A stretch of 57,098 nt of DNA from Candidatus Hermodarchaeota archaeon (GTDB taxonomy: Archaea; Asgardarchaeota; Thorarchaeia; Thorarchaeales; Thorarchaeaceae): contig JBHLLF010000007.1 of NCBI GenBank assembly GCA_048885865.1, positions 1-57,098 on the forward strand, in the 5' to 3' direction. Made by a program: the position numbers and the translations under genes. Shown piece after piece: positions 54,276 to 57,098 of the stretch (positions within the stretch are counted from its first letter, which is position 1; each line of letters begins with the position of its first letter). The notes below the pieces were generated by a model that saw nothing but the letters and a program-made list of their open reading frames with translations, was not told the DNA's origin and did not search any database.

Positions 54276-57098
54276 CTATGGCCCCTTTTTCTTCCCCCAC
54301 CATTTACACCAACATCTCGGCCCTCGCTCATGAATTTGAATGCTGCCATGATGTACCTTGCCGAGGGGATCGAAACCAGCCTCGTGAAAGAGCTCACCAG
54401 ACTCGTCAAAGATACGAATCTGAAAGATATCTCGCTTACATTTGCCATTGTCCCATATCTCAACTCTGAAATAGAAGTTGCCGAAACACTGCCATTTCCT
54501 AGTTTCATAGTTATATCGCAGGATCTTGGCCTTCCCCTCCAGAAGAGCATGATTCTCATCTATAGCCATACCGAAGAAGTGAGTGCTCTTGACGATGTAC
54601 TTGTATCCATCAGCCCTGAAGCTGTAAATTAGGTGTCCCTTTAAGACATTACACTTGTACTTCACAACGAAAGTAAAGTGTCCCTTTCCTCCAGAGTCAT
54701 AGATCCATCCTCCGCCCGTCACGAAGCTGCGTGTAGGCTTGCATATTTTGATAGTTGCGGACTTTATGTCTTCCACGTTACCAGCATTGTCTGTGGAATA
54801 GTAGTAGACTGTGACTTCACCCGAATTGGTCAGGACAAATGGACCGGAATAGGGAATCCATGTAGAGCCATCCAGACTGTATACTGTCGATGCAACTCCA
54901 GAGGCGTCATCAGTTGCAGTCAATGTGACCTCAACATCAGAATGGTACCAGCCATGCTCGCCCTCAACACCAGTGAATTGTATCGTTGTCACAGGAGGTT
55001 TCACATCGATGACCGTTATTGTCACAACAGCGATGTTGCTGTACTCGCGCCCATCAAACACATAGTATGTGAATGTGTCAACTCCACACCATGCGGCATC
55101 AGGAGCATAGTTGAACCACCCATTAGGGCTGAGAACGACCATTCCATGCATTGGGGAGGCAATCAGAATCGCTTCCAGAATGTCCTCCTCATCGACATCA
55201 ATGTCATTGGCTAGGACTCCTGGAGCATCCACTATCAGTGAAACTCCTGCCTCTGTCGTGTACGCATCATCGTATGCAGTTGGTGGTGTGTTGACATAAA
55301 TCACTTCAATAATCACAAAGGCTTTGTCACTGTATTCGGTTCCATCAAACGCCAGATAGGTGAAGGTGTCGAAGCCATAATAGTCTGGATTTGGAATATA
55401 GGTGAATGCTCCATCTGGCTCTAGCAAGACGATCCCATGCAGAGGCAGATCTATTAGTACGGTCACGAGTGAATCGCCATCTATGTCAAAGTCGTTTGCT
55501 AGGACTCCAGGGGCCACCGCAATGAGTGTGATATCTTCAAGGGTCGAATATGTGTCATTGACCGCAACAGGGACATCATTGACTGAGTTCACTGTGATTG
55601 TCACCGTAGCAGTGTCAGTCAGCATCCCATCTGACACCTCATAGACAAACGAGTCCACACCAAACCAGTCCGCATATGATGTGTAACTGTACGAGCCATC
55701 AGGATTCAGTGATAGTGTACCATGACTAGGTCCTGAAGCAACACCTGCAATCAGAGCAGAACCTTCTATATCATAGTCGTTAGCTAGAACACCTGAAGGT
55801 TCGTCGATGAGAAGAATGGTGTCTTCATCAGTAGTGTAGGCATCATCCACAGCTACTGGAGCGTCGTTCACAGGGTCCACTTTGATTGTGGTAGTTGCAG
55901 TGTCAGTCAGTGAACCATCAGACACCTCATATACGAATGAGTCAACACCGTACCAGTTGAAATCGGGAGTATATGTGAAAGAACCATCTGCATTGAACAC
56001 GAGATGACCGTGAGAGACTCCTGAAACTATCTGGACTGAAAGCGCATCTCCATCTACATCAGCGTCATTGGCAAGAACGCCTGATGCAGCGTCTACCACA
56101 AGAACGACATCTTCGTCAGTGGTATAATCGTCATCTTCAGCCACAGGTCCATCGTTCACAGGATTTACTGTGACCGTCACAGTCACAACCCCGCTATACT
56201 CTGTCCCATCATATACGCGGTATGTGAATGAGTCCGTACCATACCAGTCGGCAAATGGATAGTAGTTGAATAGGCCATTGGAGCCTATTACCCAATCTCC
56301 ATGCTGCGGGTATGTCTGAAAGTCCAGAGTGATGGCGTCTCCATCAACATCATAGTCGTTTGCAAGGACTCCAGGGGCTGGAAGATTCAGTGACGTGTCC
56401 TCATCTATAGTATAGCTGTCATCGACTCCTACTGGAGCATCGTTAACCGGGTTCACAGTGATGTACACATTTCCATTGTCTATTGGAATCGATCCGGTCA
56501 CTCCAGTGGTGTGGATGGTGTAGTGGAACTTCGCTGGCCCATGGTAGTTCGGGTCTGGTACAAATCTAAACATCCGTCTGCCATCGACTGTCACAAGACT
56601 CAGCTGACCATGAATCTCTGCGTAAGAATAGCCATATGCAAAGATGTCGAATGGGTCACCATCCACATCATAGTCGTTTGCCATGACGTCGATGATGATA
56701 GGAGTGTCCTCGTCTGTCGTGACATAGTCGTCCACCGCAACAGGCGGATCATCTACTGGATTCACTGTGATAGTCACTGTGGCGGTATCAGTCTGATCTC
56801 CATCAGATATTTCATAGATGAATGAGTCCATGCCATTCCAATTAGGGTCTGGCGTGTAGATGAACGACCCATCTGGGTTGATTGCAAGTGAACCATGAGA
56901 GGTTCCTGAGAGCAATGTAGCAGTGAATAGATCTCCATCAATATCGGTATCATTTGCAAGAATACCATTTGGTGCATCAATCGTCAATGTAGTATCTTCA
57001 TCGACGACATAGTTGTCATCAGATGCAACTGGTGCGTCATTCACTGGATTCACAGTGATGTGGATGTAGGCAGTATTGGAATATGCGCCTTCAGAGTC
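54276..57098 (-). CDS. Cadherin-like/Big_9 (tandem-95) repeat adhesin with OmpL47-like Ig domain and basic C-terminal domain; 5'-truncated
   Basis: Seven ~96-aa repeats (N/D)DAPVA-x-DD-x-Y-x-TDED...GVLAND-x-D-x-DGD...HG...DG-x-F-x-Y-x-P...G-x-DSF-x-Y; PPVTT...YYSTDNAGNVE; FVTGGGWI; frame open to window end. Confidence 0.88.
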   Translation of the reverse strand, partial: DSEGAYSNTAYIHITVNPVNDAPVASDDNYVVDEDTTLTIDAPNGILANDTDIDGDLFTATLLSGTSHGSLAINPDGSFIYTPDPNWNGMDSFIYEISDGDQTDTATVTITVNPVDDPPVAVDDYVTTDEDTPIIIDVMANDYDVDGDPFDIFAYGYSYAEIHGQLSLVTVDGRRMFRFVPDPNYHGPAKFHYTIHTTGVTGSIPIDNGNVYITVNPVNDAPVGVDDSYTIDEDTSLNLPAPGVLANDYDVDGDAITLDFQTYPQHGDWVIGSNGLFNYYPFADWYGTDSFTYRVYDGTEYSGVVTVTVTVNPVNDGPVAEDDDYTTDEDVVLVVDAASGVLANDADVDGDALSVQIVSGVSHGHLVFNADGSFTYTPDFNWYGVDSFVYEVSDGSLTDTATTTIKVDPVNDAPVAVDDAYTTDEDTILLIDEPSGVLANDYDIEGSALIAGVASGPSHGTLSLNPDGSYSYTSYADWFGVDSFVYEVSDGMLTDTATVTITVNSVNDVPVAVNDTYSTLEDITLIAVAPGVLANDFDIDGDSLVTVLIDLPLHGIVLLEPDGAFTYIPNPDYYGFDTFTYLAFDGTEYSDKAFVIIEVIYVNTPPTAYDDAYTTEAGVSLIVDAPGVLANDIDVDEEDILEAILIASPMHGMVVLSPNGWFNYAPDAAWCGVDTFTYYVFDGREYSNIAVVTITVIDVKPPVTTIQFTGVEGEHGWYHSDVEVTLTATDDASGVASTVYSLDGSTWIPYSGPFVLTNSGEVTVYYYSTDNAGNVEDIKSATIKICKPTRSFVTGGGWIYDSGGKGHFTFVVKYKCNVLKGHLIYSFRADGYKYIVKSTHFFGMAIDENHALLEGKAKILRYNYETRKWQCFGNFYFRVEIWDNGKCKRDIFQIRIFDESGELFHEAGFDPLGKVHHGSIQIHERGPRCWCKWWGKKKGP

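Noticed and set aside
55040-57098. ~290-bp periodic repeats
   Set aside because: Explained by coding cadherin-like/Big_9 domains

Overview
Gene-dense archaeal chromosomal window of about 50 CDSs. I found no rRNA, tRNA, CRISPR array, integrase or transposase. The gene content points to an Asgard archaeon, probably Thorarchaeota (inference): GGTGA/GGAG Shine-Dalgarno sites, TATA-like promoters, a corrinoid/MtaA-family pair, many Ca-binding surface proteins, and Vps62-like and PCI-like domains. Main themes: (1) Large surface proteins: an FG-GAP propeller, two membrane-anchored propellers, a 1776-aa TSP3/PKD/CARDB protein ending in a Vps62-like domain, and a truncated cadherin-like adhesin. (2) Candidate eukaryote-like domains in unusual architectures: a beta-COP/adaptin-appendage-like platform, a single-pass protein with a PCI-like tail, head-to-head 2TM-PH-NZF-like paralogs, and TPR plus a ubiquitin-like domain. 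(3) A 13-kb metabolic block (ICMT-family methyltransferase, corrinoid + UroD/MtaA-family pair, two sulfite-oxidase-family paralogs, AlkK/DmdB-like CoA ligase, Liv-type ABC transporter) that may handle methylated sulfur compounds. (4) Many peptidases and hydrolases, including a NAL1-like protease followed by a stand-alone copy of its own N-terminal domain. (5) Five local gene duplications. All domain calls come from motif recognition by eye; no searches were run.
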